Sequence record: OZ035743.1
DNA: 64,000 bases
Source of the DNA: Phapecoctavirus DIJ07P1
Strand: one strand, 5' to 3'
The notes beneath the pieces are model-generated. The model worked only from the letters and a program-made list of their open reading frames with translations. It was not told the DNA's origin and did no database searches. The position numbers were made by a program, and so were the translations under genes. This document shows positions 54,841-63,672 of the stretch, piece by piece. The stretch's first letter is position 1. Each line of letters starts with the position of its first letter.

Positions 54841-55198
54841 TATTCCGTTGAGCAGTGCAACATTGCTTCGCTTCTACAAAGCATGGATTGCCAACTATCC
54901 TGCAATGAATCGCACAACGAGTGGCTTATGTGGTTGTCTGGTAGATTATGTAGATGATTTTGTTGGTGAGACAACTAGAGAAGAAGATAGAAGATGGCGG
55001 GATAGTTTGTTAGACCGTTTGAAATATGAAATGAGGAAACAATTTACATGTGCAGGGCTGGACTACAATCTTCCGTTTAATGCAGATTGCATGGATTACC
55101 TTTCAGAGTGTATAAACTTGGCGTGTCATACCAACACGTTACGTCTTCAATGGGTGAAAGACAGAATTGAAGATGCAAATAATGCTTGCATTGAATAA
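54830..55198 (+). CDS. Paralogue family X member 2
   Basis: Start set at MTNSIPLSS after GGAGAG RBS. Confidence 0.65.
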   Translation: MTNSIPLSSATLLRFYKAWIANYPAMNRTTSGLCGCLVDYVDDFVGETTREEDRRWRDSLLDRLKYEMRKQFTCAGLDYNLPFNADCMDYLSECINLACHTNTLRLQWVKDRIEDANNACIE

Positions 55199-55247
55199 AA
55201 ATGTCTGTATGATGGATGACATAACAGATAGCCAATGAGGAGATGAA

Positions 55248-55469
55248 ATGAAGAATTTGAAAACTGTCACAATGTTCTTGACTGATCCTACACGTGTGCA
55301 AGCACTGGCTAAAGCCAGCCGTGTAGCTGTAGAATTCCAAAACTTTAAGCCGTCCGTTGTGACAGGCAGTGAAACGTGTGTTATCGATTTCATTAACGAA
55401 TACTTCCGAGGGAATCCGGTTGGTCGTTACTTCATTAAAAACTTGAAGGATGCGGAGCAGGTACAATGA
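55248..55469 (+). CDS. Hypothetical small protein
   Basis: 73-aa ORF, RBS GAGGAG. Confidence 0.55.
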   Translation: MKNLKTVTMFLTDPTRVQALAKASRVAVEFQNFKPSVVTGSETCVIDFINEYFRGNPVGRYFIKNLKDAEQVQ

Positions 55470-55705
55470 TCCTTCCAGTAGATAATGAGATAGCTATGAA
55501 TGTTCTGGATACAGAATACTTCTACAATCACTACTCTGAGACAGAGTGGATGAACACGCAAACTCTAAAAGAGAAGACGCAAGCTTTGATTAAGTGTGAT
55601 CGCTACTTGCAACGTGCCGAGGAAGATAATATAACATTAGCATCTCGCGCACGACGCGTTTCCATTTTCAATAAAATGTTAGCATTATGGGGAGGTAGAA
55701 AATGA
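55466..55705 (+). CDS. Hypothetical small protein
   Basis: 79-aa ORF. Confidence 0.55.
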   Translation: MILPVDNEIAMNVLDTEYFYNHYSETEWMNTQTLKEKTQALIKCDRYLQRAEEDNITLASRARRVSIFNKMLALWGGRK

Positions 55706-56163
55706 GACAACTATCTATACTAGAAGCGCATGTGCAATGTGTTGTAGATTATGTCAAAGAACACTCAAGTTTGTTGAATGTAACCTGTGCAGTGCAAAAC
55801 GATGTAGGTGTTGTCTGTGTGCAACATATCTTATCTGAAACTCGTTATGAAGTATTTCGTGCCACGTTGTTTGGATGTGATCGAGTGCATGTAAACTTCC
55901 TGGACTCCAATTATCGTTATGCTTTAGAAGATATTGATAAGTATTTGCCTTGCTCTCCGACAGGATATGTAATGGTAACAGCAAACGAAGTAACACCGAG
56001 CAACAGTGAACAGGAAGCTTTGTTACGGAAGAAAATACGCCAACTGCAAGTGTTGAATGAACTGAAAGAAGAGATTGAAAAAGAACTGAAAGAAGATTTT
56101 GGTATGCTTCCAAAAGACGCTTTGAAATGGTATGATGAACTAGGAGGAGAAAGTTATGAATAA
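55702..56163 (+). CDS. Hypothetical protein
   Basis: 153-aa ORF, RBS GGGAGG. Confidence 0.6.
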   Translation: MRQLSILEAHVQCVVDYVKEHSSLLNVTCAVQNDVGVVCVQHILSETRYEVFRATLFGCDRVHVNFLDSNYRYALEDIDKYLPCSPTGYVMVTANEVTPSNSEQEALLRKKIRQLQVLNELKEEIEKELKEDFGMLPKDALKWYDELGGESYE

Positions 56164-56350
56164 AGGAACTACTGTATATTTAGTGACTAAGAACACCCCA
56201 GGTTGGAGCCAATGCAGCACTGTTCCTTACAAGATCTGTGCAACATTAGAACTAGCACAACGTGCAGAAGCAGAAGTGAATACCATGCAATACAGCTATG
56301 GTGAAATCATTCCTTTTACTCTTGAACAAGAAGGAGCACATCGTGTTTAA
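56156..56350 (+). CDS. Hypothetical small protein
   Basis: 64-aa ORF. Confidence 0.55.
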   Translation: MNKGTTVYLVTKNTPGWSQCSTVPYKICATLELAQRAEAEVNTMQYSYGEIIPFTLEQEGAHRV

Positions 56351-56798
56351 AGTAGGGTTTACTTATAAATTCAAAAGCGTTGCTGACCAAGGAGATATGG
56401 CAACACATGACAAAGCAAATATTGCTGTTTGCCAAGTGATTGGAAACGAAGTTTTCAAAGTTATGAATACAGATGATAAGTATGGTCATGTTCTTGAGTT
56501 TTATATCAACGGTACCCTCTATACAGCAGGTGTTACCCCAGGGTTTAATTCGTATACTTATTTGATTGATAACGAAGAATTTAAATATTTTGAAGAAGTA
56601 AAGGAGGAAACAATGGGTAAAGCAGAACCACAATGGCATGTTGTGATTGTAGGATCAGAGTGTGTAGATGTTTGTTCTAGTTTTGAAAAAGCTTCTGAAG
56701 TCGCTACAAAAGCTAAGAAGGATTATCCGTCGAAGACGGTTGAGATTTACGCTCGTGTTGCAGTAGCAAACGCCACAATCACTATTGATAAGGAGTAA
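56343..56798 (+). CDS. MFK-family tandem paralogue 1
   Basis: Start set at GTG after AAGGAG RBS, giving (M)FKVGFTYKFKS N-terminus matching paralogues; C-terminal TVEIYARV. Confidence 0.6.
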   Translation: MFKVGFTYKFKSVADQGDMATHDKANIAVCQVIGNEVFKVMNTDDKYGHVLEFYINGTLYTAGVTPGFNSYTYLIDNEEFKYFEEVKEETMGKAEPQWHVVIVGSECVDVCSSFEKASEVATKAKKDYPSKTVEIYARVAVANATITIDKE

Positions 56799-56803
56799 AA
56801 CCA

Positions 56804-57262
56804 ATGTTCAAAGAAGGTCATGTCTACCGTTTCCAGGATGAGGATTATATGCGACTATATTCTACCTTTGATAACAGTATTGCGGCTATCATTGGAGAGA
56901 ATTTTTTCGAGGTGTTGAGCACTGATGCAAATGGTAATATCTTGTCAATGGTTGTAATAGGTATGAGAGATGGTATTATCACTGCTGGTGATGGGGATCG
57001 TTACATAATCAATTCTGCTCATATAGATTATTTTGTTGACGGTGGTGTTCGTGGTGGTCGTGGAAAACCCCAAGAAGAACCTGTTGATACAACAAAAGAA
57101 GAGTGGTATGTTGTAATGACTGATGACACCTGTATTTCTGGATTTGAAAGTTATGAAGAAGCTTTGAAAGAAGCAGCAGAGCATAAAATGGCTAATCCTA
57201 CAGAAGAGGTTGAAGTTTATAAACGTATGGTTGTTGCTACCATCGGCGTATCTTTTGTTTAA
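56804..57262 (+). CDS. MFK-family tandem paralogue 2
   Basis: MFKEGHVYRFQ... EVEVYKRMVV. Confidence 0.65.
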   Translation: MFKEGHVYRFQDEDYMRLYSTFDNSIAAIIGENFFEVLSTDANGNILSMVVIGMRDGIITAGDGDRYIINSAHIDYFVDGGVRGGRGKPQEEPVDTTKEEWYVVMTDDTCISGFESYEEALKEAAEHKMANPTEEVEVYKRMVVATIGVSFV

Positions 57263-57274
57263 AAGGGGAATGTT

Positions 57275-58060
57275 ATGTTTAAAGTAGGTTTTGTTTATAA
57301 TTTCAAATCGGAAGATACCAAAAAGAATTTTGGTAAAGCCAGTATTCGTAACGCTTTCTTTGTAGGTTGCATTCAAGATAGCAAGTTTAAAGTTTTAGAT
57401 GTTGATTTTCTAGGTTCTGTGTCAAAGGTGAAGGTATTAGACACAAATAAGATCATCGAAGGTAGTTCTGGGCTTTTTCCTGAAGGCTATAAGCTTGTAA
57501 GTTGTATAGATTATAGTCGTTTTGAAGAACATCCTCCTGAAGATTATGAGGATTCTCCTACAGGAGGTTGTGTCTTTGTAGAAGGTGGTGTCTATAAGTT
57601 TGCAAGTGAACAAGATCGTAAGCTTTTCGCCAATTATATTGACGGCGGACAAACGACAAACAATGTAAACCGAAAAATTTCCGATCTTATTGGCGATGAT
57701 CCTTTCGTGATCACAAAGATGGTTGGACAAGATGTAACAGCAATCCGTAGGCTTGTATGTAATACAAATCATGTAGCAGGTGAAGGTTGGTTCAAAGAAG
57801 CTTGTGCACTGCTAATCAAAAGCGATAACCCTTACTTTAAAAATATTAAAGATGCTGTTGAGCCTAAACAAGAGGAACCCGCAGCGAATTTTAAACACTA
57901 TGCTATTGTTAAAGGTATGAATGTCCAACTGGTGTCACATTCTTACGAAGAGATCGCCACAGAAGCAAAAAAGATGAAGGAAGAATACCCAATTTCTACT
58001 GTTGAGATCTATGAGCGTATTGGTGTTGTTAGTATTGAGCCTACTGCGGTAATAAAATAA
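57275..58060 (+). CDS. MFK-family tandem paralogue 3 (duplicated N-terminal module)
   Basis: 261 aa; MFKVGFVYNFKS at N-terminus and internal GGVYKFASEQDRKLF repeat; C-terminal TVEIYERIGV. Confidence 0.65.
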   Translation: MFKVGFVYNFKSEDTKKNFGKASIRNAFFVGCIQDSKFKVLDVDFLGSVSKVKVLDTNKIIEGSSGLFPEGYKLVSCIDYSRFEEHPPEDYEDSPTGGCVFVEGGVYKFASEQDRKLFANYIDGGQTTNNVNRKISDLIGDDPFVITKMVGQDVTAIRRLVCNTNHVAGEGWFKEACALLIKSDNPYFKNIKDAVEPKQEEPAANFKHYAIVKGMNVQLVSHSYEEIATEAKKMKEEYPISTVEIYERIGVVSIEPTAVIK

Positions 58061-58069
58061 GGAGCTATT

Positions 58070-58507
58070 ATGTTCAAAGCTAATGCTGTTTACTGTTTCA
58101 AAAGTAAAGCTGCCTGTGAAGCTTTCTCTGTGATCTCGGATGAAAATTTCAAAATGGCAGCTTTGATTGAAGGGTCTTGTTTCCGCGTCGAAGATGTTAG
58201 TGAATCAGGGTCTGTTTGCTCATTGACTTTATTGGACAGCGGGGATATTATTGAAGCTGGACAGTATCCTTTCAGAAGTTGGGAGATATTGTTAGCTCGC
58301 GGAGAGCGTAACTTTTTTATGTGTGTGTCTGCGGGGGAAGTTGTGAAAGAAACTAATGATGTTTCTGTTTACAATTCTGAATTTATAAGTTATAGTGAGT
58401 ATCAACATCTGGAAGGCATTGTTGGTCACTTGTTATCTCTGATTGACGTTGAATGTGACCTGCCTGAATCATTGAAAGAAGAATTGAAAGCATTAGATCT
58501 GTTATAA
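58070..58507 (+). CDS. MFK-family tandem paralogue 4 (divergent)
   Basis: MFKANAVYCFKSKAA... Confidence 0.6.
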   Translation: MFKANAVYCFKSKAACEAFSVISDENFKMAALIEGSCFRVEDVSESGSVCSLTLLDSGDIIEAGQYPFRSWEILLARGERNFFMCVSAGEVVKETNDVSVYNSEFISYSEYQHLEGIVGHLLSLIDVECDLPESLKEELKALDLL

Positions 58508-58534
58508 TGTTTCGCACAACGAAAGGAGAATAAG

Positions 58535-58834
58535 ATGAATCTGACCGAACAGTTACGCCGTATTGCAAAAGAAGCTTCCTTCAACTTCCCTGTTGAAGAA
58601 GTGATCGAGACATGTTTTGCTGAAGCACGAGCGGGAAACTCTTCAAGAAATTTCACGCCATCTGATTTTGGTCTGGATAATTCCCCTACCCACCCAGGGG
58701 CGATCTACAATCAGGTGAAGTGGATGGATGAAGCAGTAGCAATTCTTCGTGAGCGTGGGCTTATTGTTTATAAAGAAATGGATTTGAACGGGGCATACGA
58801 GTGGATCACTATTGATTGGTCGGAGGTGAAATAA
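58535..58834 (+). CDS. Hypothetical protein
   Basis: 99-aa ORF, RBS AAGGAG. Confidence 0.6.
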   Translation: MNLTEQLRRIAKEASFNFPVEEVIETCFAEARAGNSSRNFTPSDFGLDNSPTHPGAIYNQVKWMDEAVAILRERGLIVYKEMDLNGAYEWITIDWSEVK

Positions 58835-59043
58835 TGGTTACTATCACATTGACAGTTACACAAGAGCAAGCAGAAGAATTGCGTGATGCTGTGGCATACA
58901 TGGGACGTTCTTATTATATGCCTCATAAGTCTCAAGATGTTTTTGCTACAGCCGTTGAGAAAGCTCTAAACAAATATCGAGAAACTCATGCCGTTCCTAA
59001 AGTATCAGCAGAAGAGTTTGGCACTTGGCACGAAGTTCACTAA
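58834..59043 (+). CDS. Hypothetical small protein
   Basis: Start set at MVTITLTV after GGAGGTG RBS. Confidence 0.5.
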   Translation: MVTITLTVTQEQAEELRDAVAYMGRSYYMPHKSQDVFATAVEKALNKYRETHAVPKVSAEEFGTWHEVH

Positions 59044-59053
59044 GGAGGTTTCG

Positions 59054-59287
59054 ATGAAAGGTAACAAGATGAAAGTTAATCAGGTACCGAGCGCATACAC
59101 TCTGTGGCTTGCGCGAGCGTTAAACCAGACGATCAAAAATCCTAAGAAGCCAATGAAGAGTGGGAAGAAGTTTATGTCTAAGGGCAAAACAACCTTTGGC
59201 TTCACTCGTATGTCTGTTAAGATGAAAAGGCTGGGGTATAAGCCAAACTACGCTCGTTACCCTTCCGAATACAACTGGTTTGACTAA
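59054..59287 (+). CDS. Hypothetical basic protein
   Basis: Start set at MKGNKMKV after AAGGAGG RBS. Confidence 0.55.
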   Translation: MKGNKMKVNQVPSAYTLWLARALNQTIKNPKKPMKSGKKFMSKGKTTFGFTRMSVKMKRLGYKPNYARYPSEYNWFD

Positions 59288-59302
59288 AGAGGAGAACAAA
59301 AC

Positions 59303-59521
59303 ATGAAAACATCTATTCGCGTGAAACATGATCCGAACAGCAGTTACCCATACGCGTATGTTGAACGTCATGAAGGAGACTATTACACCATAAAACGTAA
59401 AGTCCCAACTGATACAGGGTTTAACTTTGATGTTATTGCGCTGGATGATCAAGGTGTTGATAATCTGGTGAATGCATTACTCGCATTGAAGGAAGTACGA
59501 TATGAAAATCAGACTAATTGA
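59303..59521 (+). CDS. Hypothetical small protein
   Basis: 72-aa ORF, RBS GAGGAG. Confidence 0.55.
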   Translation: MKTSIRVKHDPNSSYPYAYVERHEGDYYTIKRKVPTDTGFNFDVIALDDQGVDNLVNALLALKEVRYENQTN

Positions 59522-59693
59522 AAAGGGTGATACCATCTTCGAAACCCGTAAAGGTGAAATCACAGAGATTCCAGAAGAAAGATCAACAATCCTTGTCGAT
59601 GGTGTTTTGAAATATTGCTGTAGTGTCTATAAATCTTACGAGAAGGATCAGTATGGCGATCCAGAAATCTGGTTTGTAGGAGATGTGTATTAA
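59502..59693 (+). CDS. Hypothetical small protein
   Basis: 63-aa ORF. Confidence 0.5.
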   Translation: MKIRLIEKGDTIFETRKGEITEIPEERSTILVDGVLKYCCSVYKSYEKDQYGDPEIWFVGDVY

Positions 59694-59702
59694 GGGGGTA
59701 AA

Positions 59703-60062
59703 ATGAGCGGAGAATTTCGTAAAGTAAAAGATATCTCCTTGTTTGAAGGAGATGTTGTTAGGATCAACGGAAGATTGTTAAAATTTCACCAGTTGATGCA
59801 TCCAAGCACAACACATAACGTGATGGTGGTCTTCCAGGATGCTTTTGCTGCCAGCGATTACACTCCGTATTCAGCAGAAACTGAAGTATATTTTGAAGGA
59901 TATGTTGATCGACCACTTGCAAAAGAGATGTGGGACAAGTATCATATAAACATTACAGATTCACGGGGTGTCTTCTGGAACTACCCTAGTGAAGGTAAGG
60001 TGGCTTTCGATTCTTGTGATCGTTTAGCCGAAGAGATTGCCGAATGGCGTGATACTCACTAA
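59703..60062 (+). CDS. Hypothetical protein
   Basis: 119-aa ORF, RBS AAGGGGG. Confidence 0.55.
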   Translation: MSGEFRKVKDISLFEGDVVRINGRLLKFHQLMHPSTTHNVMVVFQDAFAASDYTPYSAETEVYFEGYVDRPLAKEMWDKYHINITDSRGVFWNYPSEGKVAFDSCDRLAEEIAEWRDTH

Positions 60063-60077
60063 AACAGGAGAAAGATT

Positions 60078-60254
60078 ATGGCTACTTTTCAACAACTGAA
60101 AGATGTTTCACGTTTAGTAAGAAAAATCCGAGAAGCAGACGCTGCTGTGCGGAATGCATTAACGCCAGCAGAGCGTGAAGATCTTGAAGAGGAGGTGAAA
60201 ACAGCCGAGAATGCTTTTGCTGTGTATCTTTCAACACTGCATACGGGAGGCTAA
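60078..60254 (+). CDS. Hypothetical small protein (58 aa, below ORF-track cutoff)
   Basis: MATFQQLKDVSRLVRKIREADAAVRNALTPAEREDLEEEVKTAENAFAVYLSTLHTGG read manually; RBS AGGAGAAAG. Confidence 0.5.
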   Translation: MATFQQLKDVSRLVRKIREADAAVRNALTPAEREDLEEEVKTAENAFAVYLSTLHTGG

Positions 60255-60569
60255 ATGTCAGAGGAACTTAAAGAATTTTATCAAGCCTATCATAATTGGC
60301 TGTTAGCTGGTGCTCCAGATAATAATCCTTTCTGGCATGATAAAGGTTTGTGCAGTTGCCTCTATCTTTGGTCTGGTGGCTATGATGATCTAAATTATGA
60401 AATGCAAATGCAATTCCGCGAAGCAGGGTTGTCTGAAGAATACCCGTTTGATGACGGAGACTGGTTTAAATATGATTTTGCACAAAGAAACGGGCTATTG
60501 CATTTGAATGCTGCCCGTATAAAATGGGTAAAGGATCATGCTACACAGGAGGATGTGCAATGCCAATAG
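60255..60569 (+). CDS. Paralogue family X member 3
   Basis: FYQAYHNWLLAG...KGLCSCLYLW...AGLSEEYPFDDG...RIKWVKDHA. Confidence 0.6.
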   Translation: MSEELKEFYQAYHNWLLAGAPDNNPFWHDKGLCSCLYLWSGGYDDLNYEMQMQFREAGLSEEYPFDDGDWFKYDFAQRNGLLHLNAARIKWVKDHATQEDVQCQ

Positions 60570-60760
60570 TGTTTAGTTTCTTGGTAATTGTTATGGTTGT
60601 TCTTTTCGCGGCATGGCTTTGGGATTTTGACCCAGGAGCAGCGCAGCAAAGAGCTACAGACTGGAAAGAACAATGTATTGTGCTCAAACATGAACGAAAT
60701 GCGGAGAAATTTCTTGACCTGGAGTGTGATCGCCTTGTAAGATACAAGCAAGATAAATAA
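60560..60760 (+). CDS. Small membrane-anchored protein
   Basis: Start set at MPIVFSFLVIVMVVLFAAWLW. Confidence 0.5.
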   Translation: MPIVFSFLVIVMVVLFAAWLWDFDPGAAQQRATDWKEQCIVLKHERNAEKFLDLECDRLVRYKQDK

Positions 60761-60774
60761 CCTTGAGGTGCAAA

Positions 60775-60963
60775 ATGGTAATTGAGATTAAACTTGAATA
60801 TGCTGGGGCTGTTGCTTTGATCGCACAAATGCTTGGAGCAAAGATTGAAGAAGTGTATATCAATGCCTGGAGCGTAGAGATTGATGTTCCTATGGACAAC
60901 ATTGCTAATCGCTTGCTGGTAGCAGAGTGTGAACGCACCAACATAATCTACAAAGGGGCATAA
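60775..60963 (+). CDS. Hypothetical small protein
   Basis: Start set at MVIEIKLEY after GAGGTG RBS. Confidence 0.5.
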   Translation: MVIEIKLEYAGAVALIAQMLGAKIEEVYINAWSVEIDVPMDNIANRLLVAECERTNIIYKGA

Positions 60964-60964
60964 T

Positions 60965-61186
60965 ATGAAAATTAGAGTTTGTGATGTATTGGGTTATGTT
61001 GGTTTTGAGAATGTTCAGATTCCTTTTGTTGTTGAAGCACATCTTGTTAGTGATGATATGACAACATTCTTTGTTACGATAGAAGAAATGTCCAAAGTTG
61101 AGGGATGGGAGTGGTTTGAAGAAGATGTTTGGGAAGGTTGTGATTACGTATTTTTCTCTGACGAAGTGAATGTTCTTTCGGAGTAG
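60965..61186 (+). CDS. Hypothetical small acidic protein
   Basis: 73-aa ORF. Confidence 0.55.
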   Translation: MKIRVCDVLGYVGFENVQIPFVVEAHLVSDDMTTFFVTIEEMSKVEGWEWFEEDVWEGCDYVFFSDEVNVLSE

Positions 61187-61188
61187 GT

Positions 61189-61395
61189 ATGTCTTGTTTT
61201 ACAAAAGCAGTGTCCATATGTAAGAAACAGTATGAAAGTGATTACGGAATATTTAATATTCCAGCGGATCATGCAGAGTATTGTTCATGTGGTGGCAGAA
61301 TGAAGAAAACAGTGATTTATGCGGATAATGGAGATGAACTTGTTCCGGTTATGGTTTGCAAAGCTTGTCATTCTGTTAAAACATTAAAAGCGTAA
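61189..61395 (+). CDS. Small zinc-ribbon protein
   Basis: CSCGGRMKK...CKACHS Cys pairs. Confidence 0.55.
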   Translation: MSCFTKAVSICKKQYESDYGIFNIPADHAEYCSCGGRMKKTVIYADNGDELVPVMVCKACHSVKTLKA

Positions 61396-61399
61396 GGAG

Positions 61400-61466
61400 T
61401 CGGGACACCCGACGATTGGAGCTAAAAATTTTGCGTACAACCCTTTCCGCCCAACAGGGGGCGCAT
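61400..61466 (+). terminator. Two GC hairpins in intergenic region (terminator/attenuator candidate)
   Basis: gtcggg-aca-cccgac and cgccc-aacag-gggcg stem-loops. Confidence 0.4.
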
Positions 61467-61491
61467 CGGGTAAACAAAGAGGAGAGTTTAT

Positions 61492-61890
61492 ATGAAAAAG
61501 ATTATCGTAGGTTTATTGTTACTCATTGCATCTCTTGGAACAGCAAATGCGTCTCAAGTTTATGAGTGTGTATCAGATGTAGTTGTTAAAAATCTGAAAG
61601 GTGAAGTGATTTCTGGTCCTAAGAAAATGGCTTCTGTTGTCATTAATAAAGATAACTCTTTTATCCTTAAAAATTCGGGTGGTGCTTTGATGAGCGGTAT
61701 TCTTCAAAACACAGGAGGAAAGAGTAAAGATGGAAGTTCTATGTACGGTTCACAGCAGTTTATTGGCACTACCGAAGTTGTGATGATGCGCACAGAGTAT
61801 CGAGACACTTTGGCTTGGTTTGCATTTCTAAAAAATGATAAAACAATAACGAATGTTCTTACTCTAGAAGCTGATTGTACGCAACGATAA
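61492..61890 (+). CDS. Secreted protein with signal peptide
   Basis: MKKIIVGLLLLIASLGTANA signal; RBS GAGGAGAG. Confidence 0.65.
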   Translation: MKKIIVGLLLLIASLGTANASQVYECVSDVVVKNLKGEVISGPKKMASVVINKDNSFILKNSGGALMSGILQNTGGKSKDGSSMYGSQQFIGTTEVVMMRTEYRDTLAWFAFLKNDKTITNVLTLEADCTQR

Positions 61891-61899
61891 GGGGATATT

Positions 61900-62148
61900 A
61901 TGCTGAATGTTTTTACTACTGATCGTGTAGGAACACCGATTACCGAAGAAGAACGTGCAGAGATTACAAAAGAGTTGGAAGATCTTTACCGTGTTTTCTC
62001 TGATGAAGAAAGCATTAAAAAAGATGCTGAAAAGATGACAGATCTGTTGGGTTTTACTTGGTCCCCAGAATGGACCGCTGTTGCTCTTAGTGCAGATATT
62101 TGGGGGTATGAAGAAACCCTACGCACTGGGGTAGTGGCAGCTTGGTAA
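61900..62148 (+). CDS. Hypothetical small acidic protein
   Basis: 82-aa ORF. Confidence 0.55.
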   Translation: MLNVFTTDRVGTPITEEERAEITKELEDLYRVFSDEESIKKDAEKMTDLLGFTWSPEWTAVALSADIWGYEETLRTGVVAAW

Positions 62149-62220
62149 TATGATAGAGACTATCATTTTCATTGTTCTGGCTATTATTTTGGGTTTCTTA
62201 ATATATGAATAGAGGTATTT

Positions 62221-62676
62221 ATGACTAAAGTGCGACATTATGCTGTAAACTGCAACGATGTTTGGCGTTTGTGTCCTGATGATCCGACAGAAGGCACATT
62301 TGTAAGATATGAGGATTATAAAGAGTTATCGGATGCTGTGATCGCATTGTTAACCGATATCCGTTCACGTTATCCAGGACAAGATTTCACTTGCCCTCAC
62401 ATCAAACTTCTTGCTTGTCTGGTAGAAGGTGAGAAAGAAGTGGAAGATGGCTTCAAGCGTGTAGAGTATCAAGGTGAAACTTTAGATGTTCCTGAATTTG
62501 TTAATTATATTGCAACAGATTCAAGTGGCGAGCGTTATGGTTACACTCATAAACCGGAGATTCCAGATTTCGTTTATGCGTGGCGTATTCCTTATGAAGT
62601 TTTTAATGTTGCAGATTGCTGGTATTTAGGAGAAGGAAACAACCTTAATTGGCGTGACTCCTTGGTTCAGGTTTAA
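62221..62676 (+). CDS. Hypothetical protein
   Basis: 151-aa ORF. Confidence 0.6.
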   Translation: MTKVRHYAVNCNDVWRLCPDDPTEGTFVRYEDYKELSDAVIALLTDIRSRYPGQDFTCPHIKLLACLVEGEKEVEDGFKRVEYQGETLDVPEFVNYIATDSSGERYGYTHKPEIPDFVYAWRIPYEVFNVADCWYLGEGNNLNWRDSLVQV

Positions 62677-62941
62677 CAATATGAAAGAAACATTGCCAGC
62701 AGCATATCGTTTGAATGATGAACGTATTTGGGAGTGGACCGACGTTTCTTGTTTTTACCCTGAAATAGTTCAATATTGGCGAGCGAAAGGATGTGTTGTA
62801 GTTATCAACCCTTGTGGACCAGTAGATGAAGATTGCTTGTATCTCGATGGGAAGTGGCACAGTTATTGTCGCTGGCCTTTTGAGTGGATGTGTAAAGAAG
62901 ATCTCCCAGAGGGTTGGGAGTATCCAATTAATGACTCTTAA
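62654..62941 (+). CDS. Hypothetical Cys/Trp-rich protein
   Basis: 95-aa ORF; start uncertain (62654 or 62681). Confidence 0.5.
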   Translation: MTPWFRFNNMKETLPAAYRLNDERIWEWTDVSCFYPEIVQYWRAKGCVVVINPCGPVDEDCLYLDGKWHSYCRWPFEWMCKEDLPEGWEYPINDS

Positions 62942-63075
62942 GCACGGTTCGTTTGAGGTTTGGTTTGATGACATTGATGTAAATGGTTTTCATCCTGGCT
63001 ATAAAATCGCTATGCAGTTATCTTATCGTAGAGAAGTTGTAGCACATTTGGGTTTACATAACTAAGGAGAAAAGA

Positions 63076-63399
63076 ATGCAAGCAGTTGTTAACGAAGCTA
63101 TTATGAACTTATCCTTCTTGTTAGCTGGTTTAGGAGGTGTTCTCATAGGTTTGGCTCTTATCTGGTGTATTCGTCGATTAATCGGGTACCGACAAAAAGG
63201 TGTTTCATGTTTTGTATCTTACAATTTTACAACTGCTTACAGCAATGAGGTTGGATCTGGCAATGCTCAAGCATTTTTACCAACATATCCTCCTACGGTG
63301 GAAGATATTCGAAACTTGGAAGTAGAACTTATGGGACTAGGTGATAACTATACATCTCTAGTTATTCAAAATATTTTTCGACTAAAACAGGGGGCGTGA
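63076..63399 (+). CDS. Membrane protein
   Basis: 107 aa; hydrophobic N-terminal segment; RBS AAGGAGAA. Confidence 0.6.
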   Translation: MQAVVNEAIMNLSFLLAGLGGVLIGLALIWCIRRLIGYRQKGVSCFVSYNFTTAYSNEVGSGNAQAFLPTYPPTVEDIRNLEVELMGLGDNYTSLVIQNIFRLKQGA

Positions 63400-63612
63400 A
63401 TGAAGGTACATTACCCTCATCCATTTGATCCTAAAAACAAAGCCGTAATTCTTCGTCAGTGGCAACGGGTTTGTCGTACTAAATGTCCAATCAATAGCCC
63501 ACACAATGTAGACAAGGACTATCTTGGGACATTTGTTGAATACACTTACATAGACAAAAACAAGCGTAAACAACATGTCGAGGAATACTGCTTAAGAGTA
63601 GAATGGCTGTAA
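63400..63612 (+). CDS. Hypothetical small basic protein
   Basis: 70-aa ORF. Confidence 0.55.
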   Translation: MKVHYPHPFDPKNKAVILRQWQRVCRTKCPINSPHNVDKDYLGTFVEYTYIDKNKRKQHVEEYCLRVEWL

Positions 63613-63672
63613 ATAATAAAGACCTTGACAAGTGTTTATTCGTTTTGTAAAGTGAGAATACAGCAATGGTTT

